NCBI GenBank assembly: GCA_964016885.1 | Contig: OZ024745.1 | Coordinates: 101,308,001 to 101,372,000 of the forward strand | Reading direction: 5' to 3' | DNA: 64,000 nt | From: Eledone cirrhosa | Lineage: Eukaryota | In this document: positions 13,480-26,196 of the stretch, piece after piece | How the letters are laid out: every line of letters starts with the position of its first letter | Position numbering within the stretch: position 1 is the stretch's first letter | The notes under the pieces: generated by a model | Told to the model about the DNA's origin: nothing | The model's input: only the letters and a program-made list of their open reading frames with translations | Databases searched by the model: none | Made by a program: the position numbers and the translations under genes

Positions 13480-13572
13480 GAGAGCCTATATAATAGTGCT
13501 ACTATTAAAAATCTTAACTTAAAACTATGTTAAGTTAAGATTTTTAATAGTAACACTATTATATAGGCTCTC
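13480..13572. repeat. Hairpin with about 41-bp arms, followed by an imperfect atatagagagggg tandem array to about 13950
   Basis: gagagcctatataatagtg..aatcttaactt / aagttaagatt..cactattatataggctctc. Confidence 0.8.
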
Positions 13573-14019
13573 ATATTGGTGGTAATTGATATAGAGAGGA
13601 AGGTTGGGAGAGTGTGTTGTATATTAGATATAGGCAGGGGAAGAGAATGATGTTTATTGATAAAGAGAGGGGATTAGAAGAGAGTTCCGTGTAGTAGATA
13701 TAGAGAGGGGGAGAGTTTGGTGCTAATTGATATACCAGAGGGGGATTGAGGGAGTACCGTGTTGTAGATATAGAGAGGGGTGGTGGTGCTAATTGTTATA
13801 GTGAGGGGGAATGGAAGAGAGTTCCGTGTATTAAATATAGAGAGGGGGAGAATTTGGTGTTAATTGATATAGAGAGGGAGTTAGAAAAGAGTTCTATATA
13901 GTAGATAAAGCGAGGGGGAGAGATAAGGGTTAATTGATACAGAAGAGAGTTCCGCGAAGAAGCTCGTTATATTAACCCCATAGGAAAGGGCGCATAACAT
14001 ATTTTTTTTTTATTTATAT

Positions 14020-14278
14020 ATGCGGTGGAACTAGGGGGTGGGGTGGGGCATGCACCCCCCCCCCCCCTTCATTCATTATATTTTCTCCCCAAACTACCAA
14101 AACACACATCTATTTGAATATGCGCTACAATCTATGTATATGTTATGCTTGCCGCATATCGAAGTTTTCTGACCATTATAGAGTGCCAAGAGATAACCTA
14201 ATCAATACAACTAAATTGTCCAAATTTGCACTCACACCCCATACACACACCAATTCAGAAATGCTTCCACTTCCCCTG
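14020..14278 (-). mobile_element. hAT-like MITE, same family as 27365-27586
   Basis: End aattcagaaatgcttccacttcccctg is nearly the rc of cagggggtagtggaagcatttctgaatt at 27365. Confidence 0.55.
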
Positions 14279-15479
14279 ATACATAAGTAAACATTTGAGT
14301 TTACTCAGTATGTTTGCAAATATCTATCTTGCAAATTGTAAGATGTTATGCCTCTTAATGACCAGGAGTTATGATTTTGTTCCGAGTTGGGAATCGACGG
14401 ACTAGGGAAAATTGGAGAAACGAATGTTGTATTTATAAATAATTAATTTGTCTTGGGGGTGTTTGGTTTGTGTGTGGTAAGAAATGGATATGTTTCTTGG
14501 TGTGTTTTTGTTTGTTTTATCTGTTTATGCAGGCGGTGTTTATGTGTGTGAGTACACTTATGTGTCGGGGGAATGGTGTATGTTAGATTGAACAATAGAG
14601 ATTTTTTTATAATAAAATATTTAGATTTAGATCAGAGATGGAGATCCTCTTCAACCTTAACAGCCATTTTTAGGTAAAAAAAAATAATAATAATAATAAT
14701 AAGACAATGGGTGATGCAAAATTAATTAGATGATAATATGAATTTAGCTAAAGGTTTCTTACTCAAAGCAATGTTTAGCTTTGAATCATTTTAAATTGCA
14801 TCAATGTCTTAGTCATAAAAATATTTTCAGAGCGCGTATGATGGACGCAAGATGGGCTAAAATTCAAAATTTTACCAACCTCTGCTCTAAATGAATATAG
14901 TTTTTAAGTGGATATTTTTTTGGTTGATATCTAAATATAGTTACACGAATGATAGAAGACTGTTTTCACGAGGGATAGAACTTAAGATGCTGTAAAATAG
15001 AAGATTTTGCATACGTATTTTTGTTGGAAAATCACTGGGGGTCATTGGGTAATGATTGAAGCAGTTTTTATTGTGTGAGGGTGAGTTCCAACGGGATGTT
15101 TATTGTGTTAGGTCGAAAGACTAATGGTTGTATGATGAGGTACATGTGTATAAGACTAGGTGTCGGTAATGTGGTGGTGGCCCTTATACAAACGATCTTT
15201 AAGACTAAAAATACATGCAGTGACATATATACAAGCACAAAGAGAGACAGTTCAACTCCAAACTAGGAAAAATATGACCAAAGGCGTTCCCAGCTGAGAA
15301 TATCTCTCTCAGACATAATGTACACAATACTACATTATACAAGAATATTTGGTTGGTGATCCATCAGATAGAGGCCACCTTTTTGGTTTAAGCCATCGTT
15401 AGGTCGGATGCCTTTTATTTACTCAAAAGTGTGTGTGAATGTGGGAGAGAGAAAGGAAGGCAGAATGATAAAAATACGA

Positions 15480-15960
15480 GGAAGAGTACTCAAATATCGC
15501 TACCCCACTGATATAGGTTCGGGCGTTGTGGGGAAACGCTCTCTGGTGTGCAGGACTCCAGGCGCAAACCACCTCGTGACACCAGCGAAAAGAATAGAGA
15601 AACCGTTGCTCTGGAGGATGGTGAGGGAAGCACGTTGAAATATCCATTCCAACTCGCGGGCTCACTCAGCTCCGTTTAGTGAGAAGATCGTGATGCCATC
15701 TGGCCTTCTGCCGTCCTCTCGATCCATTGCTATAAACTCGACCAGTGAAGAGAAGCCTGCGACGTCAAAGCTATGCTTAATCATCTCATCGAGTGCGGTA
15801 CGACATGGAAAGTGACTGGCAATGTAACAATACGAAAGTGGGTGAAGGCCGAAAGCGTCCACTGTGGATTCGCAGCAGCATAGTGTGGTTTGCAAATCCG
15901 GAGACCATGCCGCAGGAAAACACTGATGTATAGACAGTCACTGACCAGCTGAATACCGTA
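15480..15960 (-). mobile_element. CRE-like non-LTR retrotransposon fragment (zinc knuckle plus restriction-like endonuclease)
   Basis: C.C..TVDAFGLHPLS..., DREDGRRPDGITI, then EWIFQRASLTILQSNGFSI. Confidence 0.75.
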
Positions 15961-16139
15961 TCGTTTGGTTATTGCTGGTGTTTAGTCATAGACTGTGTTA
16001 TGTGTTTGATTTAACTGTGGTAGTATTCTATCTTTGTTCAGTTCCGGTGTCAGCCTTGACCAAGCAAACCTATGGTCAAAGGGGTTCCAGTCTTTATTTT
16101 GATTTCTGCTGTAATGTGGCCGACACTAAGTTATATGAT

Positions 16140-16336
16140 GTGTACTTTATTAAGACAGTAGGACGTGGTTCAACTGCTGTTTCTAAATAGTGGTGATCAC
16201 GGCTGTGTCTTTTATGAAGACAGTGGGACGTGGTTTTGCTGCTATTTCTAAGCAGTGGTGATCACGGCTGTGTCTTTTCTGAAGACAGTAGGACGTGGTT
16301 TTGCTGCTATTTCTAAACAGTGGTGATCAAGGCTGT
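16140..16336. repeat. 65-bp tandem repeat, 3 copies
   Basis: aagacagt.ggacgtggtt... at 16152, 16217 and 16282. Confidence 0.9.
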
Positions 16337-16391
16337 TATACTTTCTATTATAAGACTGTTCGGTTAAAGTTTATTTGGAGTTATTATTTCT

Positions 16392-16885
16392 TGCCGAGGT
16401 TGACTTTGCCTTTCATCCTTACGGGGTCGATAAAATAAGTACCAGTAATGCACTGGGTAATTGTTGGCCTTGTGCCTAACGTAGAAACAATTATTTCTTA
16501 GAGAGACTCAGGACCAGAATTTGGGGCGGAGAGGAAACAGCTTATTATATAGACTCCAGTACTTAGCAGTGGATTGGAAGAATCAGTAGAGCGTCGGAAA
16601 ACATGCTTTGTGGCATAGAGTTATGACCCTTTACCTTCTGAGTTCTAATCCCATCAAGTTTAGCTTTGCCTTTCACCCTTACGCGGTTGATAAAATAAAT
16701 TACCAGTAATGCACTGGGGTCGATTTAATCGACTTTCCCCTCCCCCAAACTTGTTGGCCTTGTGTCTAAATCAGAAACCATTATATTGACTCCAGTACTT
16801 GGCGGTTATTTATTTTATCGAGCCCCAGATGAATTGAATGAAAGACAAAAATAACCTCGATGGGATTTGAACTCAGAACGAAAAT
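16392..16885. mobile_element. Nested cluster of SINE copies in both orientations
   Basis: Plus partial 16392-16492; plus copy 16570-16785 splitting a minus copy (16500-16565 and 16785-16885). Confidence 0.7.
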
Positions 16886-16923
16886 GACCGTCACTAACTA
16901 AATGTGACTCAAATAATATAGAT

Positions 16924-17141
16924 CAGGCATGTCAAACTGAAAATCCCCCGAGGGCCTCATGGGTCAAATATGCGTTGTCTGAGGGCCACACGACAACTAA
17001 TTGCACACATAACAACTATTTTTTATTTATTTTATATTACGAAGATAAAACAAGTTAGCGCTGTAAAAACCTTTGTGCGGGCCGCAGGTGTGCTTGTAAA
17101 AGACTGCATGCGGTCCGCGGGCCGCATTTTTGACATGCCTG
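16924..17141. mobile_element. hAT-Charlie-like MITE
   Basis: TIR caggcatgtcaaa/tttgacatgcctg; flanks atatagat/gtctagat (NTCTAGAN-type TSD); second copy at 22180. Confidence 0.85.
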
Positions 17142-17765
17142 GTCTAGATAGATGAAAAACAAAACGAGGATGTAGTTTATGGAACACCCAAATGATTTGG
17201 AAGTCGACCTTAAGTACGAGCAATAACATTAAGAAAGACATGAACGGCACCACATCATTTTGTATTTAAAATTTTGAAAGTAGGCTTATAAATATGAATT
17301 TTCAGTAGTTTTTCATTTCTGTCTCAGTGGCCTAACGGTAGGTATTAGAGATGGTGTAGATCCCGGTCTTAGGTTCGATCTAAGTCAAGAGATACATGTA
17401 ATCTTTTTCAGTTTTTATTTTACATCCCATAGAAAAAAAAATGAAAAGGTTTACCAGGAACCCTACTCCCAACCAGGATCGAACTTCAGACCAGAATCAC
17501 CACCACCTATGGTTCCTACAACTAGGCCGCCGAGAAAACTACAAAAGTATAATGAAAATTGATAATTATAAACCTACTTTCAAAAGGTGTGGTATCATTC
17601 ATGGCTTTCCTAGTGCTATTAGTCAAATTTAGGGTCAAATTGTCAATCTTCTGGCTCTTTGGTAGCAACCTTATTATTCCTATGTGTGTTTAACTGTTAA
17701 ATTAATTTAATCTAATTATTTTAACAAACAAATAAAATATATATATATATATATTTTATTTGTTT

Positions 17766-17802
<37 letters not shown>

Positions 17803-18134
17803 ATTGTTAAATAAATAAATAAATACATACACAAGCACAATAACAACAAGCACATAAACACACACTAGCCACCCATCACACAGCAAACAAAACACTATAC
17901 ACACACGCAAACGCATGCGCAAAGAAGACAAAATAAAATAAAATAAGCAAACAAGCAAATAAATAAATAAATATATAGACACACTGAATAAAAATGGCGT
18001 AGACATACAATACAACAGCAGGATAATATAACACCACTGACGATGTTGCAGATGTGCAACGAAAGATTTATGATAAACTATATATATGTGTTTGTGTCTA
18101 TATTGTATCTGTATTATTTTTGACCGTCGGTCAG

Positions 18135-18157
18135 TCAATGGCAACATTGAGGACCGA
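18135..18157 (+). CDS. Candidate 23-nt micro-exon (xNGNIEDR), host gene
   Basis: cag acceptor, GTAAGT donor, phase 1 to 0; joins 22887 in frame. Confidence 0.5.
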
Positions 18158-18276
18158 GTAAGTTAGATTACCGATATAAAAGACACAGAAGCGAGAAGCG
18201 AAAACCAACCAAACAGTGAGTGTGTTCTGTTATTAATTCTGGCAATATTACACAAATATGACCCTCCCCAAGTATA

Positions 18277-18349
<73 letters not shown>

Positions 18350-18484
18350 AAGAGTTAAACACGATTCAATGATTACATCAAAGAATGGGTTTTAAAGAAT
18401 GAGTTTTACTGAAAAAATATTTTCCAGAGTTATTAATATTAAAATTCAAATATTAATATAATAGATGTTCTTGTGATTAATAAA

Positions 18485-18550
18485 ATTTTATTATACATAT
18501 TTCAGAGATACGTGAATCAGGTTCAACAGTACGTCCTCATCAGATAAAAT
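18485..18550 (-). ncRNA. Type I hammerhead motif in left pLTR
   Basis: rc: AUUUUAU-CUGAUGA-GGAcGUAC..GUAUcUCU-GAAA-UAUGUA-UA^-AUAAAAU. Confidence 0.7.
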
Positions 18551-19251
18551 AAAATGATACGTGACATACCCTGAGATGTTAGATGGTTAAGATTTAATCA
18601 AGGTAGTGATTAACTTATGAGAAAACTCAACATTTATACCCTAATAATGAGAACATGCGAAAACGTAATAGAATCAATAGAGAAGGTATGAGTAAGAAAA
18701 GCATTGCCTTAATGTAACAGTTATAGAGTTTTTAAAATCTGGGATACGACAAATTAGGATTATAGAGGAAGACGTCTCTGGAGTTATAATTTTATTAAAG
18801 TTATTGGCTTGAGACAGCCACTGATAGATAATTAAAGAGAGGGAGAGATAAAGGGGAGTAATTTATGCAAACATTTTCACATATAGACTTAGTGGTTAAA
18901 TTTCAAAATATTTAATTTATATTATTTTAGGGTAAAGAATCAAAATGTTAGGTTTTAAAAGTTGCAGGTTATCTATATACATTTTATAAATTTTATAAAT
19001 TTTATAAATGTGTTACATTTCTAAACTTCTAAGTTTTATGAAAACAAATTTAAAGGATTTACTAGGCCCGCGAAAGAAAAATATATACTGTTCAATATTC
19101 ACATAAAGGTAATCTTTAACAAAATGACTTGTAACAGTGTCAACATTTTCGGTATGTATAATTTATGAAGTACTTACTGTTACAAATATTAAGGAATTTA
19201 TTGTCAAGTAGATCATTGTCTAAAGTATAATAATTAACGCAGAGTTTTCAG

Positions 19252-19315
<64 letters not shown>

Positions 19316-20980
19316 GTGTGCATTTATCGTAATAAATTATTATTTATTATATTATATTAAATCACTATATTAGTTCTACCTTCGAGGGAAGAATGGACTC
19401 TAAATAATGATTATATTATTGTACAATATATATATATATTTGCACAAACCATATATAGTGTGATTAAGTTATTATACATTATTAACATAGATGCAAAAAA
19501 GTAAATGCAGAGATATACCTAACTATTAATATGATTATGTTATTATACAATATAAACAAATTTGCAAAAACTACATATAGAGAGATATACTAAGTATTAA
19601 TGATAACGGTTATAATCTTAGATAATAGATTCAAACATGCATAACTTAAATACATACATATATATAAAAAAAATGTAAACGCGTGAATGATCAACAGTTC
19701 AAAATAATGTCCTTAAAAATTTACAGGTTAGATATTTAAACTATATTTAAAACAGATATAGAAAAATAAAGATAGAGAGATAAAGGTATGGATCAAAGTT
19801 AATAATATCCATAAAACCATATGTTATGTATATCAGCGTGCCAGCATGTTATTAAACAAATATCATTCATTCAAACGTTATTTCCTTTATAGATGGTTAT
19901 AAGATAAAGCAATATTAAAGTTTTATAAGCCTTTAAGGTTTTCAACTGTTGATGTACGTCTAAAAACCAAGTTTGGTTGCTTACTGTTTTTCCGTGATCT
20001 TATGGGAGGCTTGGAATGTAGACAAGGCTTTATGAAGGCTGTTTGAGAATAATTCACTTTTTTTGTTAATTAAGTTCTCATAACTACTAACAATCAAAAG
20101 GGTCTCCATTGTACAAAGCGCGCAGTTACTTGATATACTTGAGTTGCGGTAAACACTATTACGAAGTTTCGTCCAAAAGATGGAGTATTTTAAATTCTTA
20201 TCTTTTAATCTAACCACGGATGAAATTGATATCATACTAACAGCTAGAACAACTCTTATTAACTTCAACAATGAGTATTGGACCCGCTCAGATAGAAATA
20301 GAAACTTTGATATTACTATGGGGGCATCCGATTTTGCGCAAATCACATATCTTCTGGGAATTTTCATATTAAATATGATAAATAGAAAACTGCCGGAGAT
20401 TGCCGGTGGTTTATATAGGGACGACATTTTATTTACGGTGGTCAAACACAAAAATATTGAACTAAATAGAGTAAAGAAAAGTATAATAGAATTCTTTAAA
20501 ATGTATGACCTTAAGTTAGAAGTAGAAAATGGTACAAAAATAGTTATAAAATTAATATAAATAACCTGCAACTTTTAAAACCTAAAATTTTCATTCTTCA
20601 CCCTAAAATAACAAATTAAATATTTTGAAATTTAACCACTATGTCTATATGTGAAAGTTTTTGCATAAATTACTCCCCTTTATTTCTCCCTCTCTTTAAT
20701 TATCTATCAGTTGCTGTCTCAAGCCAATAACTTTAATAAAAGTATACCTCCAGAGACGTCTTCCTCTATAATCCTAATTTGTAGTATCCCAGATTTTAAA
20801 AACTCTATAACTGTTACATTAAGGCAATGTTTTTCTTACTCATACCTTCTCTATTGATTCTATTACGTTTTCGCATGTTCTTATTATTAGGGTATAAATG
20901 TTGAGTTTTCTCATAAGTTAATCACTACTTTGATTAAATCTTAACCATCTAACATCTCAGGGCATGTCATGTATCATTTT

Positions 20981-21046
20981 ATTTTATCTGATGAGGACGT
21001 ACTGTTGAACCTGATTCACGTACCTCTGAAATATGTATTATAAAAT
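20981..21046 (+). ncRNA. Type I hammerhead motif in right pLTR
   Basis: CUGAUGA 20988-20994, GAAA 21028-21031, stem I AUUUUAU/AUAAAAU; cleavage triplet is AUU, so probably inactive. Confidence 0.6.
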
Positions 21047-21085
21047 TTAATTGATCACAAGAACATCTATTTTATTAATATTTGA

Positions 21086-21165
<80 letters not shown>

Positions 21166-21170
<5 letters not shown>

Positions 21171-21605
21171 AAAGAATAGAGGTGTAACACACAAGTTATT
21201 ATATATTGGTAAACGGAATAGAAAATGCTGACAAATTGTTCACAGTTGAAAAATGGTTTAATTAGGAATAAAAGAGTATTAGTGATTGTATGGGTTAGTA
21301 TTCAGTTGTGGTTTTAAGTTATTAAGTTTTTACCGGTTGCGCATTTCTAAATGCTTTTCAAAAATAATTTTGAGATAGAGTGTCCGTGCTGTTTGCTCTG
21401 ATCTCAGAGATCAGAGCAAACAGCACGGACACTCTATCTCAAAATTATTTTTGAAAAGCATTTAGAAATGCGCAACCGGTAAAAACTTAATAACTTAAAA
21501 CCACAACTGAATACTAACCCATACAATCACTAATACTCTTTTATTCCTAATTAAACCATTTTTCAACTGTGAACAATTTGTCAGCATTTTCTATTCCGTT
21601 TACCA

Positions 21606-21612
<7 letters not shown>
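21166..21612. repeat. Near-perfect palindrome with about 205-bp arms and 1-nt spacer at 21406, between (TA)n tracts
   Basis: ...tttgctctgatctc A gagatcagagcaaa...; no mismatch seen by eye. Confidence 0.9.
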
Positions 21613-21700
<88 letters not shown>

Positions 21701-21809
21701 AATTAAAATACTAGAGTGCGTTGGAGTAAAACAAGCTTTCATGGATATGAATTCCCTATTCTTCTGAGTTTTGGAGTGTTCTGGCCGTTAATGCTTCTTA
21801 TCTGTTTAA

Positions 21810-21854
21810 TTGCCCTGATGAGTCCTTATTAATGGGACGAAACATTGTAGGCTA
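21810..21854 (+). ncRNA. Canonical minimal type I hammerhead (family D) in a 210-bp element between (TA)n tracts
   Basis: GCC-CUGAUGA-GUCC uuauuaaug GGAC-GAAA-CAUUG-UA^-GGC-U-AAUAAA. Confidence 0.85.
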
Positions 21855-21905
21855 ATAAAGACTTTCTTTTGATGTATTGAAGGCTTCTTTGTCTATTTTT
21901 ATAAT

Positions 21906-21955
<50 letters not shown>

Positions 21956-22070
21956 GCCAATCAGTGTAAGTTTGAATCTAACTGATATGCAAAAACATAT
22001 ATATATATATGAATAAGGTAAGCCCAAATCATAGTAGATTCAAATATCACAGAGAGAGAAAGAGAGAGAG

Positions 22071-22107
<37 letters not shown>

Positions 22108-22179
22108 AGGGAGAGAGAGGAGGGGGAGAAATGAGGTGCGAAATGAAACATGGATTACTGGTTAAAATATAGTCTAGAT

Positions 22180-22363
22180 CAGGCATGTCAAACTGAAGAT
22201 ACCCCGAGGACCACATGGGTCACACATGTGTTGTCTGAGGGCCACACACGACAACTATTTTTTTATTTATTTTATATTACGAAGATAAAACATGTTCGCG
22301 CTGTAAAAACCTTTGTGCGGGCCGCAGGTGTGCTTGTAAAGGGCCACATGCTTGACATGCCTG
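22180..22363. mobile_element. hAT-Charlie-like MITE (second copy)
   Basis: caggcatgtcaa...ttgacatgcctg, left flank gtctagat. Confidence 0.8.
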
Positions 22364-22596
22364 ATATTGCAACTATCCACTCCACTAATCACAGTAACGG
22401 TAAAAGAAAAAGAGAGAGAAAGAAGTAATTCCGATTCCAACTGGACTCTAATTCAGACATACAACCTAAGAAACCCCTAGAAAAACATTCAGATCAACAA
22501 AAGCACTCATACACAATAACAGGCAATCGCGCACGCAAGCACACGCACGCATATACATATAATCAGACACACGCACACGCACACACACACACACAC

Positions 22597-22655
<59 letters not shown>

Positions 22656-22771
22656 TGCATACATATTACACACACATACATGTGCATGCATAATACACAC
22701 ATATATAAACATACACAACACACACACAACACACACACATATATATATGTACGTTCATACATTAAACACAC

Positions 22772-22844
<73 letters not shown>

Positions 22845-22886
22845 ACACACACACACTTTATACGATGTCTGTCTGCGTTCTCACAG

Positions 22887-22924
22887 TTTGGCGCCAAGCC
22901 CTCGTTAGCTGAATCATTAGACGG
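22887..22924 (+). CDS. Candidate exon [13 protein letters not shown], host gene
   Basis: gttctcacag acceptor, GG|gtacgc donor, phase 0 to 2. Confidence 0.55.
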
Positions 22925-23683
22925 GTACGCCAAAGGGCCTGCATTCGGTGACTGCCAGAAAGATCGTCAGTGGTGGTGGTGGTGTTGATGGTGGAAGGAG
23001 GTTTTTGTTGTTGTTATTGTTTTAGTTTATATTTTTGCTTCTCTAATGGGAAAGTTGAAAAAAATGAATACATGTCGTCAAGTAATATTGCATTCCACCA
23101 TCAGTATTACCATCATAGTCACCATCCTCATAATCATTAATATGCAGACGATAGCTATTTGGGATATCTATAGATTTATAAATAGACAGTCCTTGCATTA
23201 CAGATGACCGACTCAGTATCGCTGCCCCAGTGATGCAAAGCCTAGACGTTCTGGTGAAACATTAATGTCATTTTTTTCCCCCACCACGACTATTAATAGC
23301 TTCCTCCCCACTATCATCATCACGAGTATCAATACTGATGAAAGCATTTCTTACTAAACAACAATCTTTACTTCTGTAAGGCTGAATATCAGTGTTCAAT
23401 AATCAGTCGCGGAAATGTTCAGTAATTTTATTCACGAGCTTTCATCAAAGCTACTACTTTGTAGTTCGATCTATAAATATAACTACCGAATTCCTTCAAA
23501 TCCCGCCTCACTGTTTTAAAACAAGACGTAATTATTGAATAATGTAGTCCTATATATATTATGCTGTACAATCAGCTACTACTACTTGTAGCACGGCCAT
23601 AATCTTAACTCCTACTACTACTGACGCCATTATCAATATTTCTATGGTCGAACTCTATTTGTCTAGAACCATTATTATCAACA

Positions 23684-23862
23684 CAGTATCGGTAGAGAGT
23701 TGGACACCATGCTTTCCGGCATAGAGTTACGTCCCTTTACGGTCTGAGTTCAAATCCCGCCGAGGTTAACTTTGCCTTTCATCCTTACGGAGTCGATAAA
23801 ATAAAGTACCAGTAATGCACTGGGGTAATTGCTGGCCTTGTGCCAAAAGTAGAAACAATTAT
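23684..23862 (+). mobile_element. tRNA-derived SINE copy
   Basis: Family consensus; TSD-like attattatcaacac / attattttcaacac. Confidence 0.85.
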
Positions 23863-24789
23863 TTTCAACACTTTCTTTGACGACTCAACAATATCACTCA
23901 ATCTTCTAGAAATAGTAGTCAAACTCCCTCAAATCGCACCTCGACCATCTTAAATATTTGGTTATGTGGTCTTGATATTCCTGCACATGAGACAAAGGTG
24001 GGATAGTCACTGATAGAATGTTTTTGCTGTTAATCTGTTCGATCAGGACTAACTAACGTCTAAATAACAACAGTAACAACAACGCCAACACTACTACTAC
24101 GGATATTAATCTGTTTAACACCTTCCCACAACATCACCTCTCACAATTGTCACGCTGACATGTGACAACTATCATCCCCACTAAAACACCATCTCTGTCA
24201 TCACTACTCTAGTATCATCACTTCCCCCACACCCACTATTTTGACTACCACCATCACACCACCACAATACCACTCTACTATATCATCAACATCATCATCA
24301 TTACTCTATAACATCTCCCAATTATCAACGCCATCCACACTATCACTAATATCACTTGCTAGCTATCATTACCACCCTACCATGACCAACACCACCTCTA
24401 TGCTCAAAATATAGTGTTATCACCAGACCAACATCCTACCATCACCACAACATCAGCATCCTTACTACCAACATCACCAAAACCAACAAGAGAGGGTACA
24501 TCGGTCAGGTACCCGAAAAATAGGGAGGAAAACATGGATAGTTTACCTACTCCCCACGATCAAAATCTCTCAGTCTTCTTCAATGCTAAGGGGATCTTCC
24601 CCATCTGGTACCCTTCATAGCAGTCTTCTAATCACCACTGTTCAATTATCAGTATTATTCCACCACTATCATGACCAGTATGACAACCATTAATATCACT
24701 ACTATAACCACTATACTATGAAGGTCACCATTTAAAATATCACCTTTATATTAACCTAAACATCATCACCATAGCCATCATCATCGCTA

Positions 24790-24990
24790 GCCGTTCTTGG
24801 CTCTTCCAGTGCATCTCCCTTACTATCCTCCGAGGAAACGCTTTCTCCATTCTGTCCGCCGGGTCCGTGGGGCGGCTTGCACGTGGGATCCCATTTGCTC
24901 ATAATACAAAGAGATGGGGAGCGCGGGACAGATGGAGGCGATGACAGTGGGAGTTCAGCTCTTCCGTGTTCGGACCCGGTGTGTAGCGTC
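24790..24990 (+). mobile_element. 3' end of a CRE-like element
   Basis: WLFQCISLTILRGNAFSILSAG; homologous to 8910-9075. Confidence 0.65.
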
Positions 24991-25482
24991 AGTTGTCCGG
25001 AGGGAGGTAGTGGCGAAGGTCCGGAGGGGGGTACTTAGCGAAGGTTCTTAGAACATTGTATTTGCGATTCCTGCATGTTTTATTATCTTCAGTTGACTAC
25101 TGCTTAATTTGGCTGGCCATTAAACTATCACTGTTCTCGCTACCTTTTCATTAACACCACAATTCTAATATCATCACCATCACTACCACAGCTGCTATTC
25201 CCTCTATCACCCTACTATCACATTCTCATTCTAATGACATCATACAAGTTTACCAGTATTATGACGTTAGTCGTCTGTCTCCGTTGTTGCTGTTATTTAA
25301 CATTACATCAGCCTTGGTTGAGAAAAACCAATCATTGATCAAAGATTCTTCATTTATACCCATCCTATCTTTTTCTGGAAGACATTGCACTAAGAATCAG
25401 ATTATCCAACGTATCCCACTTTTCTAAAACGTCCCGATGTGAATTAAGGTATATTTGGCTATTATGGGAAGTCAAGTATAGG

Positions 25483-25937
25483 TGTAGCGAGATCTGTCCA
25501 CGCCTTGAACCCTGGGTGACACCTAAAAGTCAAATTCTAGGTCACCATCCTTTTCGGCTTGAACAAGTTCATGCGTGGGCGATCCCTCGAGGCGGGAGAC
25601 AGAAAGCGACAGGTATAAAAAGCCTGTATCATCCCACATCTAACACACAGAGAGAACGGAGCATTACGCTATAGAGTAGCCATGTGAAAGATTCACCACT
25701 ACCTACAGTCCGCTGAGGTCTACAGACAACCACAGATCATTACTCTCTCCCTCTCCTGGTCTCAGACTACACCGACCTCATGAACCTACAATAAAATAAC
25801 ATCGTCAACCTTTGCGACTCGTGTTAACTTGTTTGTTGCTCTTTTTGACTGAAGTGAAGCAAACCCTTTCATATATAAAGTAAATCAGCTATTCTTGTTA
25901 TTTCATCTAACTACCACTACTAATACCCTTCGTTACA
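25483..25937 (+). mobile_element. Solo LTR (Gypsy-like)
   Basis: TGTAGCGA...TCGTTACA termini, 4-bp TSD TAGG on both sides, TATAAAA near 25614, AATAAA near 25790. Confidence 0.85.
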
Positions 25938-26011
25938 TAGGTACCTCACTGTATCCTTTGTGGCTTGCCATTGCCATCTTTATAGTCGTTCTAGTAATGT
26001 TTTATCATTAC

Positions 26012-26196
26012 CAGTGCCGGATTAGGCCTTTGCATGGCCTATAGCATATACTATAAAGGGGCGCTAAATTTTCTTTTTAATGTGACGAAGTTTAAACGCA
26101 GTATAGTACTACAATATAAAGCACCTAACGGGAAGCCTCTTAATATGCAGGGCACGTAGCAAATTCTACACTTGCTCAAAGGTTAATTCGGAAATG
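26012..26196. mobile_element. hAT-type MITE
   Basis: Imperfect TIR cagtgccggatta / taattcggaaatg; 8-bp TSD atcattac/ttcattac. Confidence 0.65.

Larger units (their letters stand above)
18430..21090. mobile_element. Penelope-like element: inverted pLTR pair of about 520 bp around RT and endonuclease C-terminal remnants
   Basis: 18440-18965 is the rc of 20568-21090; plus-strand RT FDITMGASDFAQI..GGLYRDDIL (20180-20560); minus-strand CALCTMETLLI..LINKKSELFS (19981-20160); (TA)n flanks. Confidence 0.85.

Noticed and set aside
17322-17535. Two facing tRNA-like segments with A/B-box-like motifs
   Set aside because: No convincing cloverleaf or anticodon arm; probably decayed SINE heads
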